Shown here in pieces: positions 19,056 through 29,900 of a stretch of DNA of 64,000 bases (the stretch's first letter is position 1; each line of letters starts with the position of its first letter). This DNA is from Verrucomicrobiia bacterium. GTDB taxonomy: Bacteria > Verrucomicrobiota > Verrucomicrobiia > Limisphaerales > UBA1319. Location of the stretch: NCBI GenBank assembly GCA_963664225.1, contig OY760937.1:2208001-2272000 (forward strand), written 5' to 3'. The notes beneath the pieces were generated by a model that saw only the letters and a list, made by a program, of their open reading frames with translations, made no database searches and was not told the origin of the DNA. A program made the translations under genes and the position numbers.

Positions 19056-19484
19056 ATGAAAAGAATTGTCCTAATATTTCTGGCCGTGGCAGGCCTGTAT
19101 TCCCTCTACTACATTGGCTTGGGTTTTATGGAGGCTGCAAAACATGGCGGAAGCCCGGCTGCACGTGAGCGCCGCCTTATCGCGATCTCCAAGCAACTGA
19201 ACGTGGGATTGCCCATTAAACACGGCGAGGGAACTGTCATGGTTGCGACCAAGGCCGGACCAGGGCTTCGTTTCACATACGTCTTCAAGCTTGTCAATCT
19301 TAAGAGCACTAATGTTGATACTGCCGCCCTCGCGGCCATGACGAAAAACAAGCTCATGGAAATGTACAAAACGACTCCAGAAGCGGCGAACTTGCGAAAA
19401 TGGGAGGTCGAAGTACGCTGGCAGCTCCTCGACAAGGATGGAAGCGAGATTACGACGGTAGCAGTTGCCGCAAAAGACCTATGA
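19056..19484 (+). CDS. Cassette-like membrane-anchored exported protein 6
   Basis: GGAG RBS, MKRIVLIFL anchor, soluble C-terminal domain. Confidence 0.75.
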   Translation: MKRIVLIFLAVAGLYSLYYIGLGFMEAAKHGGSPAARERRLIAISKQLNVGLPIKHGEGTVMVATKAGPGLRFTYVFKLVNLKSTNVDTAALAAMTKNKLMEMYKTTPEAANLRKWEVEVRWQLLDKDGSEITTVAVAAKDL

Positions 19485-19541
19485 TTGAAAAATAAGAACG
19501 CGCTCATTCGCGGTTCCATCTTCCTTTTTCAGCACGTCCTT

Positions 19542-19713
19542 ATCTGCATTTCTCTGCGCCATCTGCGGATTTCCCTGGCTTTTCCCCATCCATTGGATGT
19601 TTGTTTTTTTTTAAAATTCTCAATTGTCCATTGTCAATTATCCATTTTCTCCCTCATCCGTGCCATCCGTGATATCCGTGGTTAACAATCCTGTTCATCC
19701 TGTCTATCCATGT
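19542..19713. repeat. Cluster of short 7- and 9-nt tandem repeats
   Basis: TCAATTG TCCATTG TCAATTA TCCATTT; ATCCGTG x3 at 9-nt period; ATCCTGT repeats. Confidence 0.75.
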
Positions 19714-19826
19714 TAATATTTCTTCTTGATCGCGTTTGCGGTTGTCCGCCCGCCCGTTCACAGTTTCCCAACCCAATTTCAATATCAAGTCTTGGAACGC
19801 CGCCATCGCTCCTGTATGCAATACCC

Positions 19827-22800
19827 ATGAATAACACGCGCAGGTTAAGAGGAATCATGAGATCGCGGCAGGCGTTATGGCTCTCCCTCGTTTGGATGGC
19901 CTTTGCAACAGTCGGGAACGTCCCGGGCGCCGTGGCACCGGCGGTCCCGGAAGCCGCACTGCAGCATCAGGCCTTCGGCAAGTCCGACACCGCCGCATTT
20001 CGCAAACCGGCGCAGGTTTACCATCCCGAAACCTGGTTCCACTTCATCGGCGGCAACGTGGCCAAGCCGGGCATCACGGCGGACCTCGAGGCGATCTCGG
20101 GCGCGGGCATCTCGGGCGTGCAATTCTTTCACGGCCAGTTCGGCGGAGCCTGGCCGGGCGTCGAACCCCAGATCCAGTGCCTGACCGAATCCTGGGACGG
20201 CGCGGTGCGTCATGCGGCCACCGAGAGCCAGCGGCTGGGATTGCGATTCACCATGCAGAATTGTCCGGGCTGGGCCATGGCCGGCGGACCGTGGATCACG
20301 CCGGACAAGGCGATGCGGCATCTGGTGTGGAGCCGCACGGACGTATCCGGTGGCAGCAATCTGTCCCTGTCGTTGCCCCAGCCTCAGCCCAGCCAGGAGG
20401 AGTGGCGCGATTACCGCGACGTCGCCGTGGTGGCCTTTCCAACACCGGACGGCGATTCGGGCAAGGCGCTGACGCCCGTGTCGATTAAGAGCAACCGCGA
20501 AAACCTGCCGTGGGCAAAATGCCTGAGCGGCGAAAAGAACGGCAACGACGGTCAGATCGTTCTGCAACCCGCGAGCGAACCAGACTGGGTCGAAGCCACT
20601 TTCGAGGAACCGGTCACACTTCGCACGGTGGAATTCCCCTCGGTCCAATCCTTCAACCATCAATGGAACTACGTGCCCGGCGTGACCATCACGGTCCAGG
20701 CCGTTCTGCCGGATGGCCTGCGCGAAGTGGCGAAGCACGAAATGCCCGAGAGCAACTGGCAGGGCAATAAACCCATCTCGCTGGCCTGTTCGGAAATTCC
20801 CGCGAAAACCTACCGCATCACCATCGACCACAAACACACGATGAACCTCTCCAGCCTCCAGCTTTTCACGGCGGCGCGGAAGAACAACTGGGAGGCGGAG
20901 GCGGCGTGGGTGTTGGGCGGTCTGGATCGCGCGCCCGAAGCCCGGCAAGCCAAGACGACGTGGATCGATCCCGCGCGCATCGTCAATCTCACGGATCGCA
21001 TGGATGCGAAGGGCCAGCTCAACTGGCAGGCGCCAGTCACACCATCTGGCCAATGGACAATCCTGCGCTGGGGCCATGTGAACAGCGGCCGGCGCAACGG
21101 ACCCGCCCCGGCCGAAGCCACGGGCTGGGAGTGCGACAAGCTTTCGCCGCTCGGCGCCGACGCCCATTTTGCCGGATACATCGGCCGTCTCTCGGCCAAA
21201 AACGGGCCGGTGGGTGACGGCCTTTTGAAGGGCATGCTCTGCGACAGTTGGGAGTGCGAGACACAAACATGGACCCCGGGCATGGATGGCCAGTTCCTGC
21301 GGCTGCGCGGCTATCCGCTGCTGCCCTGGATTCCCGCCCTCGCAGGCTATGTGATTGGCGATCCTGAAACCACGGGCCGCTACCTGCGCGACTGGCGTTC
21401 AACGGTCAACGACCTGGTCGTGACCAATTTCTTTGGCCGCATGGCCACTCTCGCTCACGAGCGCGGTCTGGCGGTCTCCTACGAAACGGCCTCGGGCGAT
21501 GTCTTTCCCGGTGACATCCTGGAATACTACAAAAACGCCGATGTGCCGATGTGCGAATTCTGGCAGCCAAGGATGGATGCGTTCGTCGGCAGCTTTGATT
21601 TCAAGCCGGTCAAACCCTGCGTCTCGGCCGCCCGGATGTATGGCAAGCCGCGCGTCGCTGCCGAGGCGTTCACGTCGTTTAATCTGACCTGGAAGGAGCA
21701 CCCGGGCATGCTGAAAAACATTGCGGACATGCATCTGGCCGAAGGCGTGACGCATCTCGTGTTTCACACCTACACGCACAATCCGCGAACCGACTTTCTG
21801 CCGCCGGGCACCGCGTTCGGCTCGGGCATTGGCACGCCCTTCCTGCGCGGGCAGACTTGGTGGGGCCACATGCCGGAATTCACGGAGTATCTGGCCCGTT
21901 GCAGTTACCTGCTGGAACGCGGCCGCCCGGTTTCCGACGTGCTCTGGTATCTCGGCGACGAACAGGATCACAAACCGCCGCAAAATGCGCCCTTTCCCGC
22001 AGGCTACCGTTACGACTATTGCAACCCGGATGCCCTCCTGAACCGGCTCTCGGTGCGCAACGGTAAAATCGTCACCCCGGAAGGCCTGCAATACCGCGTG
22101 CTCTGGCTGCGCGATTGCCCGCGCATGCTGCCTGAGACGCTTGAGAAAATGGTGACGCTCGTGAAAAACGGCGCGGTGATCGTCGGCGAACGTCCCCAAG
22201 GTCTCGCAACCCTGAGCGGCGGCGCAAGCGCGGAGCAACGTTTTCAGGGTGCCGTTGAAACACTGTGGGGCAGGACCACGGCCAAAACCAATGCCAATGC
22301 TGCTATCCGCGTTGTCGGTAAGGGCAAAGTCATTTCCGGCACCTCGTTGGCCGATGTCCTAACCAGTCTCAAGATTCGTCCTGATGTTCAGGGCGAAGGT
22401 GTGGTCTGGACCCATCGCCAGACCGATGGAGCGGACTGGTATTTTGTGGCCGCCCCGACAGCGGATGGTTTTCGCGGATCGCTCCAGTTCCGGGCCATCG
22501 GCGCAGTCGAGTTATGGAACCCCATCACAGGCGAGACCACCCCTGCGGATGTGCAACGTCGCGAGGGAGGCGCCAGCCTGGTCGTGCTCGATCTGCCCGC
22601 CTCCGGCTCCGTGTTCGTGGTGTTCCGCGCCGGTCACGCCAGCGGCAGGACATTGACCCGGCAAGCTGTCGCCGTGGCTCCCCGCAGCGTCCCGGTGGAG
22701 GGTCCCTGGAAACTCGCCTTTCCCGCCGGTTGGGGCGCGCCCGAATCGGTGAACTTGGATCGCTTGATCTCCTGGACCGACCTCGACCTTTCGCCCGAGG

Positions 22801-23162
22801 CCCGCGCATTCTCGGGAACCGCCACCTACACCACCGAGTTCACTGTGCCACCTCTGGCGGCTGGAACGCAGGTGGAACTCGACCTGGGACGCGTGGAAGC
22901 CCTCGCCAGCGTGGAAATCAATGGAAAACCGGCGGGCAACCTCTGGACACCCCCCTTTCGGGTCAACGTCACCCGTTTGGTCAACCCGGGAGTCAACCGG
23001 TTGAACGTTGCTGTGGTCAACCCATGGTTCAACCGCCTGGCCTATGACGCGGGCCTCGACGAAAAGGCGCGCAAGACCTGGACCATCAACGGTCCCGGCA
23101 AGGACAGCCCCCTGATTCCATCGGGCCTTTTGGGTCCGGTGATACTGCGCCTCGGTCAATAA
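19827..23162 (+). CDS. Secreted glycoside hydrolase, GH106 alpha-L-rhamnosidase-like
   Basis: GITADLEAI, DSWE, DVPMCEFW, VAAEAFTS, C-terminal PSGLLGPV. Confidence 0.85.
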   Translation: MNNTRRLRGIMRSRQALWLSLVWMAFATVGNVPGAVAPAVPEAALQHQAFGKSDTAAFRKPAQVYHPETWFHFIGGNVAKPGITADLEAISGAGISGVQFFHGQFGGAWPGVEPQIQCLTESWDGAVRHAATESQRLGLRFTMQNCPGWAMAGGPWITPDKAMRHLVWSRTDVSGGSNLSLSLPQPQPSQEEWRDYRDVAVVAFPTPDGDSGKALTPVSIKSNRENLPWAKCLSGEKNGNDGQIVLQPASEPDWVEATFEEPVTLRTVEFPSVQSFNHQWNYVPGVTITVQAVLPDGLREVAKHEMPESNWQGNKPISLACSEIPAKTYRITIDHKHTMNLSSLQLFTAARKNNWEAEAAWVLGGLDRAPEARQAKTTWIDPARIVNLTDRMDAKGQLNWQAPVTPSGQWTILRWGHVNSGRRNGPAPAEATGWECDKLSPLGADAHFAGYIGRLSAKNGPVGDGLLKGMLCDSWECETQTWTPGMDGQFLRLRGYPLLPWIPALAGYVIGDPETTGRYLRDWRSTVNDLVVTNFFGRMATLAHERGLAVSYETASGDVFPGDILEYYKNADVPMCEFWQPRMDAFVGSFDFKPVKPCVSAARMYGKPRVAAEAFTSFNLTWKEHPGMLKNIADMHLAEGVTHLVFHTYTHNPRTDFLPPGTAFGSGIGTPFLRGQTWWGHMPEFTEYLARCSYLLERGRPVSDVLWYLGDEQDHKPPQNAPFPAGYRYDYCNPDALLNRLSVRNGKIVTPEGLQYRVLWLRDCPRMLPETLEKMVTLVKNGAVIVGERPQGLATLSGGASAEQRFQGAVETLWGRTTAKTNANAAIRVVGKGKVISGTSLADVLTSLKIRPDVQGEGVVWTHRQTDGADWYFVAAPTADGFRGSLQFRAIGAVELWNPITGETTPADVQRREGGASLVVLDLPASGSVFVVFRAGHASGRTLTRQAVAVAPRSVPVEGPWKLAFPAGWGAPESVNLDRLISWTDLDLSPEARAFSGTATYTTEFTVPPLAAGTQVELDLGRVEALASVEINGKPAGNLWTPPFRVNVTRLVNPGVNRLNVAVVNPWFNRLAYDAGLDEKARKTWTINGPGKDSPLIPSGLLGPVILRLGQ

Positions 23163-23249
23163 ACTAAACCGTTCGCATTCTGGCATTTACGTCGCCGCAA
23201 AAGCTCGCTTTACAGCCGCCGCGGCCTCACCTCATAATACGCCACATTA

Positions 23250-23837
23250 GTGATGAAAATTTCCATCATACTGGGTCACCCCACACCGGGCAGTTTTAAC
23301 CACGCCATCGCCACGAAGGCAACCGAAACGCTTTCCGCAATCGGCCACGAAGTGATTTTTCACGATCTCTACGCCGAAAATTTCGATCCGATCATGCGCA
23401 CCGCGGAAATTCCCAGGGGCGCGCCTGCGCCTGCTGAGATCGAGCGTCACAGCGCTGAAATCGTTGCCGCAGATGGTGTTGTGATCATTCACCCCAACTG
23501 GTGGTGCCAGCCTCCCGCGATTCTCAAGGGCTGGGTGGATCGCGTGCTGAGGCCGGGCCAGGCCTACCGGTTCGAGGCGGGGCGCTCTGTCGGAATGCTC
23601 AAGGCGCGCACGGCTCTCGTGATCACCACCGCGAATAATGCCCAGGAGAACGAGGTGGCAATGTATGGCGACCCGTTGGAGGTATTCTGGAAGAAAGTGG
23701 TGTTCGGCCTCTGCGGGGTGCCCTGCGAACGCCTGATTTTCGCCCCCGTGATTTTGAGCACGCCGGACCAGCGCGCCCAATGGCTTCAACAAACGGGTCA
23801 ACGTCTGAGCGCCGTGTTCGCCCGGTCGAACTCTTAA
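23250..23837 (+). CDS. NAD(P)H-dependent quinone oxidoreductase (flavodoxin-like)
   Basis: GHPTPGSFNHA, HPNWWCQPPAILKGWVDRV. Confidence 0.9.
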   Translation: MMKISIILGHPTPGSFNHAIATKATETLSAIGHEVIFHDLYAENFDPIMRTAEIPRGAPAPAEIERHSAEIVAADGVVIIHPNWWCQPPAILKGWVDRVLRPGQAYRFEAGRSVGMLKARTALVITTANNAQENEVAMYGDPLEVFWKKVVFGLCGVPCERLIFAPVILSTPDQRAQWLQQTGQRLSAVFARSNS

Positions 23838-23878
23838 ATCTCCGTTGCGCGTCAACCCAATCTCGCAAACATTGATTT

Positions 23879-24733
23879 ATGCAATTGTGGGATAGTCACG
23901 CGCATTTGCAGGACCCGGAGCTTGCGCCGCATTTGGAGGCGGCACTGGGCCGCGCCGTGCTTGCCGGTGTGCGTCACATCGTTTGCAACGGCACACAGGA
24001 AACGGACTGGCCAATGGTGGCCAGGCTGGCCCAATGGGCTCCATTGAACCCGTTGGCCGCACCGCATCCCACTGTGATTCCCTGCTACGGGTTGCATCCC
24101 TGGCATGTGGCGGCGCGTTCATCCGGGTGGCTCCAAACCCTCGAGGCCGCGCTCATCGCGGAACCGTCGGGCGTGGGGGAAATTGGGTTGGACCGCTGGA
24201 TTGAGCCCCGCGACGAAGCGGCGCAGGAATGGGTGTTTCGCGAACAACTGGCGCTGGCCGTCCGCTTGAATCGTCCCGTGATGATTCACTGTCTCAGGGC
24301 GTGGGACTGGCTGATGCGTGTGTTGCGCGACTCACCGCCGCCGTCTGCGGGAATGTTGCTGCACGCCTTTGGCGGACCCCTCGATTGCATCAAACCGCTC
24401 GCGGATATGGGCACTTATTTTTCGTTTGCCGGAGATGTTCTCCTCGCGCGCAAGGCGCAAAAGCGCGCCGTCCTGCCACACATTCCCCCGGATCGCCTTC
24501 TGCTGGAAACCGATGCCCCGGACATGATCCCGCCGGATCCTTTCCGAGTGCCCGCGTTGGTTGGTGTCCGCCGTCCGCAACTCAATGAGCCCGCCAATCT
24601 CGCCGGGATTCTGCGTGGTGTATCGGAACTTCTGGGCGAAACCCCGGAGCGTCTGGCCGCCCGCGTGTTCGAGAACAGCCGCCGTTTTTTTAAACCGATC
24701 ATGCCATCTTTGCATAACAAAACCGCCGCATGA
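23879..24733 (+). CDS. TatD-family hydrolase
   Basis: DSHAHL, GLHPW, GEIGLD, LLETDAP. Confidence 0.92.
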   Translation: MQLWDSHAHLQDPELAPHLEAALGRAVLAGVRHIVCNGTQETDWPMVARLAQWAPLNPLAAPHPTVIPCYGLHPWHVAARSSGWLQTLEAALIAEPSGVGEIGLDRWIEPRDEAAQEWVFREQLALAVRLNRPVMIHCLRAWDWLMRVLRDSPPPSAGMLLHAFGGPLDCIKPLADMGTYFSFAGDVLLARKAQKRAVLPHIPPDRLLLETDAPDMIPPDPFRVPALVGVRRPQLNEPANLAGILRGVSELLGETPERLAARVFENSRRFFKPIMPSLHNKTAA

Positions 24734-25494
24734 GTCAGGAACGCTTTCAACGAATGGAGCGCCTGCTGGGTGGCGAGGCGCTGGAAAAATTGAGTCAGGC
24801 GCGCGTGGCGGTGATTGGCCTGGGCGCGGTGGGCAGTTACGCGGTCGAGGCCCTGGCCCGCGCGGGCGTGGGTCATTTGCGGTTGGTGGACTACGATGTG
24901 GTCAACATCAGCAACATCAACCGCCAGCTTTACGCGCTGGAATCAACCATCGGAAAGCCCAAGGCGGAATTGGCGGGCACGCGCGTTCGGGATATCAACC
25001 CCGCCTGCCAGGTCGAGTGCCTCTCGTGCTTTGTTCATACCGAAACCATGGATCTGGCCCTCGCCAGACCCTTGGATCTTGTCGTGGATGCCATTGATGC
25101 GCTGTCGCCGAAGGTCGCCCTTCTGGAGGCGGTGCAGGCGCGCGGTCTGCCGGTGGTTTCGAGCATGGGCGCGGCGCGGCGCACCGATCCCCAGGCCATC
25201 CGCACAGGACCGCTCTCTGGCGCGGCGGGTTGTCCGCTGGCCCGCATGGTGCGCAAATGGCTCCGGCGTCGTGGGGCCTCCGTGGAATTCACCTGCGTCT
25301 ATTCGGTGGAACCGGTGCGGCGCAGCGCCCACGAAATTCCACCTGGTGATGCCCCGCCGGATTTCCTGGAGCGCGGACGGCGTCGCCAAACATTGGGCAG
25401 CATGCCCACGCTGACAGGGATTTTTGGCCTGAACCTGGGCCATGCGGCCATCAGCCATATTCTGGGCGGATTCGAAGCCTATAAACCGGACTGA
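24730..25494 (+). CDS. tcdA: tRNA threonylcarbamoyladenosine dehydratase (ThiF family)
   Basis: GLGAVGS, SNINRQ, VDAID, SSMGAA, CPLARMVRK, VYSVE. Confidence 0.85.
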   Translation: MSQERFQRMERLLGGEALEKLSQARVAVIGLGAVGSYAVEALARAGVGHLRLVDYDVVNISNINRQLYALESTIGKPKAELAGTRVRDINPACQVECLSCFVHTETMDLALARPLDLVVDAIDALSPKVALLEAVQARGLPVVSSMGAARRTDPQAIRTGPLSGAAGCPLARMVRKWLRRRGASVEFTCVYSVEPVRRSAHEIPPGDAPPDFLERGRRRQTLGSMPTLTGIFGLNLGHAAISHILGGFEAYKPD

Positions 25495-25564
25495 AGCCTT
25501 GCGTCTGTGTTTGCCCGGCCAATTGCGCCTTGCTGGTCCCTCTCTGAAGATGTATTCATCCGGG

Positions 25565-26833
25565 ATGAACTCCATCCGATGGATTTTGACGCTCATCATC
25601 GCAGTTTGGTCCGTGGCCGCGCAGGCGGACGCGCGGGCCATCGCGGCCAGCAAATTCAAGAAACAGTTGGAGGAGCAGGTGTTGCCCTACTGGTACGATA
25701 CCGCGCTGGATAAGACCAACGGTGGTTATCTGCTCTCCGACAACGCGGACAAGACGGCTCCACCCGCCTCCGTGAAGCAGTTGGTTTCACAGGCCCGGAT
25801 GATCTGGGGCTTTTCTCATGCCTGGAACAAGGGTTACCGGGACCCGAAGCGCGATTACCTGGAGGCGGCGCAATCCGGGTACGATTTTCTCATCAAGCAT
25901 TTCCTCGATAAGAAGAATGGCGGCTATTTTTGGGAGACCGATCTTCGCGGAACACCCACCAATGAGCGCAAGATTCTCTACGGCGAGTCGTTCGTGCTTT
26001 ATGCGCTGGTCGAATATCACCGCGCCAGCGGCCAATACACGCCCCTGCGCCAGGCAATGGACCTGTATGAAGTCATCCAAAAAAGGGCGCATGATGCGAA
26101 AAATGGTGGATGGATCGAGCATTTCGAACGGGATTGGAAACCGATCCTGACGGATGATCCGGGAGTCCAGGTCGAGGTGGGCGGCCTCAAGAGCGCCAAT
26201 ACGCATCTGCACCTGATGGAGGCCCTGGCTGAACTTTACCAGACCACAGGGGATGATAATGTGGGCGCATCCTTGAAGGAAGCCCTGCATATCAACACCA
26301 CATACTTCTACCCGTTGGATCCCGGCAAATCCTGTTTCCACAAGCAACAGGACTGGAAGCCTGCCACGGGTGGCCGTAGCGCCGGTCTATCCTACGGGCA
26401 TAACGTCGAATTCGCATGGCTGATGATTCGCGCCCAGCAGGTGATGCGCGAGGAGTTTTCGTGGGAGCATTTCAACGCCCATTTGAACCACGCGCTCAAG
26501 TACGGCTTTGACAACAAACGCGGCGGGCTTTACTCCCGTGGCGCCGATGACAAACCGGCCACGGATCGCGACAAAATCTGGTGGGTGCAGGCCGAAATGC
26601 TCGCCGCGCTCACCGACGCCCTGAAGTACGATTCAAACCGCGCCTATTCCAAGGCCTTGAAGCAGGAGGTGGATTTCATCTTCCAATACCAGGTCGATCC
26701 CAAAACCGGTGTCTGGTACGATACCGTGGCTGAGGACGGGAAACCCAAAAATTCCGCGCTGGCTCATAATTGGAAGGCCAACTACCACGACGTTCGCGGC
26801 ATGATCAAATTCATCGACGCGTTTGGCAAATGA
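25565..26833 (+). CDS. AGE-family epimerase (cellobiose 2-epimerase-like) with apparent signal peptide
   Basis: QARMIWGFS, KSANTHLHLMEA, SYGHNVE, WWVQAE, WKANYH. Confidence 0.85.
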   Translation: MNSIRWILTLIIAVWSVAAQADARAIAASKFKKQLEEQVLPYWYDTALDKTNGGYLLSDNADKTAPPASVKQLVSQARMIWGFSHAWNKGYRDPKRDYLEAAQSGYDFLIKHFLDKKNGGYFWETDLRGTPTNERKILYGESFVLYALVEYHRASGQYTPLRQAMDLYEVIQKRAHDAKNGGWIEHFERDWKPILTDDPGVQVEVGGLKSANTHLHLMEALAELYQTTGDDNVGASLKEALHINTTYFYPLDPGKSCFHKQQDWKPATGGRSAGLSYGHNVEFAWLMIRAQQVMREEFSWEHFNAHLNHALKYGFDNKRGGLYSRGADDKPATDRDKIWWVQAEMLAALTDALKYDSNRAYSKALKQEVDFIFQYQVDPKTGVWYDTVAEDGKPKNSALAHNWKANYHDVRGMIKFIDAFGK

Positions 26834-26913
26834 ACACTAGCGATTCCACGCGCGGCTGATCCTGCGCAGTAGGCAGCCGCGCGTGACAACGAGACTTGAT
26901 CCAGGCCGAACGC

Positions 26914-29900
26914 CTAGGGCAGCCACACCGCGCGATAGAAGCGAGGGGAGCGCGCGGTATTTCCTGAATCGGCGATCTCGTACCGGTTTGTTTCGGACAG
27001 ACGTTGGTCAAGCGTTGTCCAAGTAATCAAATTTTCCGAGTATTGAACCTCATATTTTTGCCCGGGCAATGCCACGATCGTCACGCGTGGAGCAAAAGTG
27101 CGGGCGCTGGCGGGATTCAAACTGATTACCGGTGCCAGGACCTTGCGCAGACCCGATGCGAAGCGCCCCAGTTCATTGCGATCTCCTTGATCGGTATCCT
27201 GCAATGTGGAAAGAGCTCCGCGGTAATTGCCCAACTTGAGCGCCGCATTCGCCGACATCATGTGCGTGCCTTCAGCCAGCAATAGTGAGCGCGCGTCCGC
27301 CACTTCCAGCGCCGCCTGGGAATGCTGCCATGCCGCAAGGTAATCTCCCGCCGCATAGGCCTGAAAAGCCAGCCGGTGTTTGTGAATGGCTCTTTGAACG
27401 TCGTTGGTGGCAGCGTTGACTTTAAAACGAATATCCTGGGCGGACATGTAACCGAAATCAGGGAGGGCTTCCTCTTCCACCATGCCGTCACCGTCCCAGA
27501 GGACAGACAGGAAATATTCGCCCGGTGTCAATTGAATGGCTTCAGGTGGCAGCAACCATTCCCGGCTTCGAGCCAAAGGTTTCATGCCAAAGGAATCAGG
27601 CGAGACGGCCAATGGCCGCAGGTAATTGTTCGATGAACTACTCGACGATAAAACTTCCACCCATCGGGAATCGTCCTCGTAGCGAAAGAGCACAAAGTCG
27701 AGATTCTCATGCCAATTGGTTGAGATGGTCGGATACAGGAGCGTGGCGGGCACATTGGTTCCAGTCCGCGCGGCCTGGAGCAGGGCCTGCTGATAGGCGC
27801 GACAGGCGAGGCTGACTTCAATCCGCAGCGGATCACCGGCCAGGGGCGCATCCCAGAGCAACTCAGAAGTTAGCGTCAAGGCGGGGGCCGCATCGACCAA
27901 TGTTCCTGCCAGATGGGAGCTGATGGGATCGCTGAGCAAATAAATTCTCTCACGGCTGCGCAGACCAGCAGCAGCCGGAGACCGAGGAGCGTCCGAACGG
28001 TCCGTGACCTGAATCTGATTCCAGCAGGAAATTCCATCGACAGTCCCCACGGCACTGCGGCAATAAATGTCCGGCCAGGGACTGCGCGAGGCAAGTTCGA
28101 AGCGGTCGTTGGGCGTTCGCGATCCGGCCCATTGGAAATAGCGCATCACGCAGTTGGAAGGGCCAAAAAAACCGGGGCTGGTCAGGTCTTTGATGCCCAG
28201 ACCGTGTCCCACTTCGTGCGTCAGCGTCGCGGCAAAAATGCTCCAGTTGCGTTTTTCATACGAATCCGAATTCGCCGTTATGTACTCGTCCCGAAGTGTC
28301 CTGGCGCGTTCATCGAGCCGGGTCCGTTCTGCGGCGCTGGTGGCTGGGTCGCTGTAGTGTGCGAACTCGGGCAGGCCGAACGTGTGAAAAAGGGCGGCAT
28401 CACGGGTCCACTTGTCGATGTTATTTGCGTACACTTCAACGGCCATCCAGCCGGCAGGCGAACCCCAACTGGAGGCTGTCTGATCGGGAAACGTCAATCC
28501 CAGTGCGGTGACGGCCTCCGTATTATTGGTACCGAATTTCGCCTTGAGCATGTCGTTGTAGTCGGCGGGGTACAGGGGGCTGTCGGTGAACGGAAAACGC
28601 AGGTGCAAGGCGTGCTGATCGGTGGTATGCACATCGTCGGTCGAATTGAAATTGACGAGCCGTTTTTTAGCTCCGGATCCACCCGGCCCCGTCCAGTTCT
28701 CTTCATCCACAAAAATCACCTCGCAATCCAGGGCGTCGATGAAACTCACTCCACCCGGTTCGGTGGTCGTCTTGAGCGCCCATCCGGTCGGGTCATAAAC
28801 AAACACATGCTTTTTGTGAGGCTCCAAACGCTGGTGATAGCCTTTGACGACGAATCCGCGATATTTCTCGTATAACGATATGCCATCGCCCAGGGTATAT
28901 TGGCCGGACGGTTGATCCGCCTCATCCCATTTGGCGGGGAGTTCCTCAACGCCCTTCTCCTGTTCCCAGGCGTCGGCGATGTGATTGTGATTATCGTCCT
29001 TGGGCAGATCCAGGTAGTCCTTGCCGGGATCGCCTTCCAAATGTGCTTTAACAGTGGTGCCATCATTGACCACCACCTCCACCCTCAATCGGCCGTACGC
29101 TCCAAAGTCGTAGCTTTCAATGGTCACAGATTGCTCGTTGGTATCTTCCTCCGTCTGGCCTGTGGCATCGTCGTCCAGCAATAAATTGTCGCCTTCCTTC
29201 AATTTCAAATCAGGATCATCGCTGGCCTCGTCCTTGGTGGGTGCGTTGACACAATACCCAGGCTGTTGAGAAACATCCTCCAGTGTGACATAAAAAGTTC
29301 CGGTCATGTCTGCGGCGGGTTCTTTTTCCCCTTTGTGGCGAAGCTGAACATTCACGCCAATGCTGTTTCCCGGCTTGTAGCGATCCTTATTCCCGGCTGC
29401 CAGCCATGTGTCGAAGTCCGATGGGGGAATGATCACGGCCTCCCACTCGCCCGGTGTATAAGTAAGGGTGCAGGTGGCCTGGATCGAGTCCGACCCGCAG
29501 GTTCCTGACTGCGACCAGTTCGTCGAGCCCGTGGCGCTGAACGCCTTGTTACCGGGCGTGAATTCCACATGGATTTCCTCCGGGGCAAAACTGTTCTGGT
29601 TGGTGTTGATGGAGGCCATACAATCCCCAATGGCTGCGATGGCGATGAAACCACATTCGAAGCATTCCGGCTCTGTCGTTGTGGACGGTTTGCCAAAGCG
29701 AATGACGGCGATTCCTCCCTCAAAATCCAATGTTCGGATACTGACATGCCCATTGGTGGACCCCGGATCGCTCAAGACAGACGTAACACTCTTGCTGATC
29801 GGATTTTTTCCGGTAATGGAATACTTTCCCGCACCCGACGCGCTCGTTTGCGACTTTTCATCCACGATTTCCCATGAGCCATCGACTTGCTCGAACGTCA

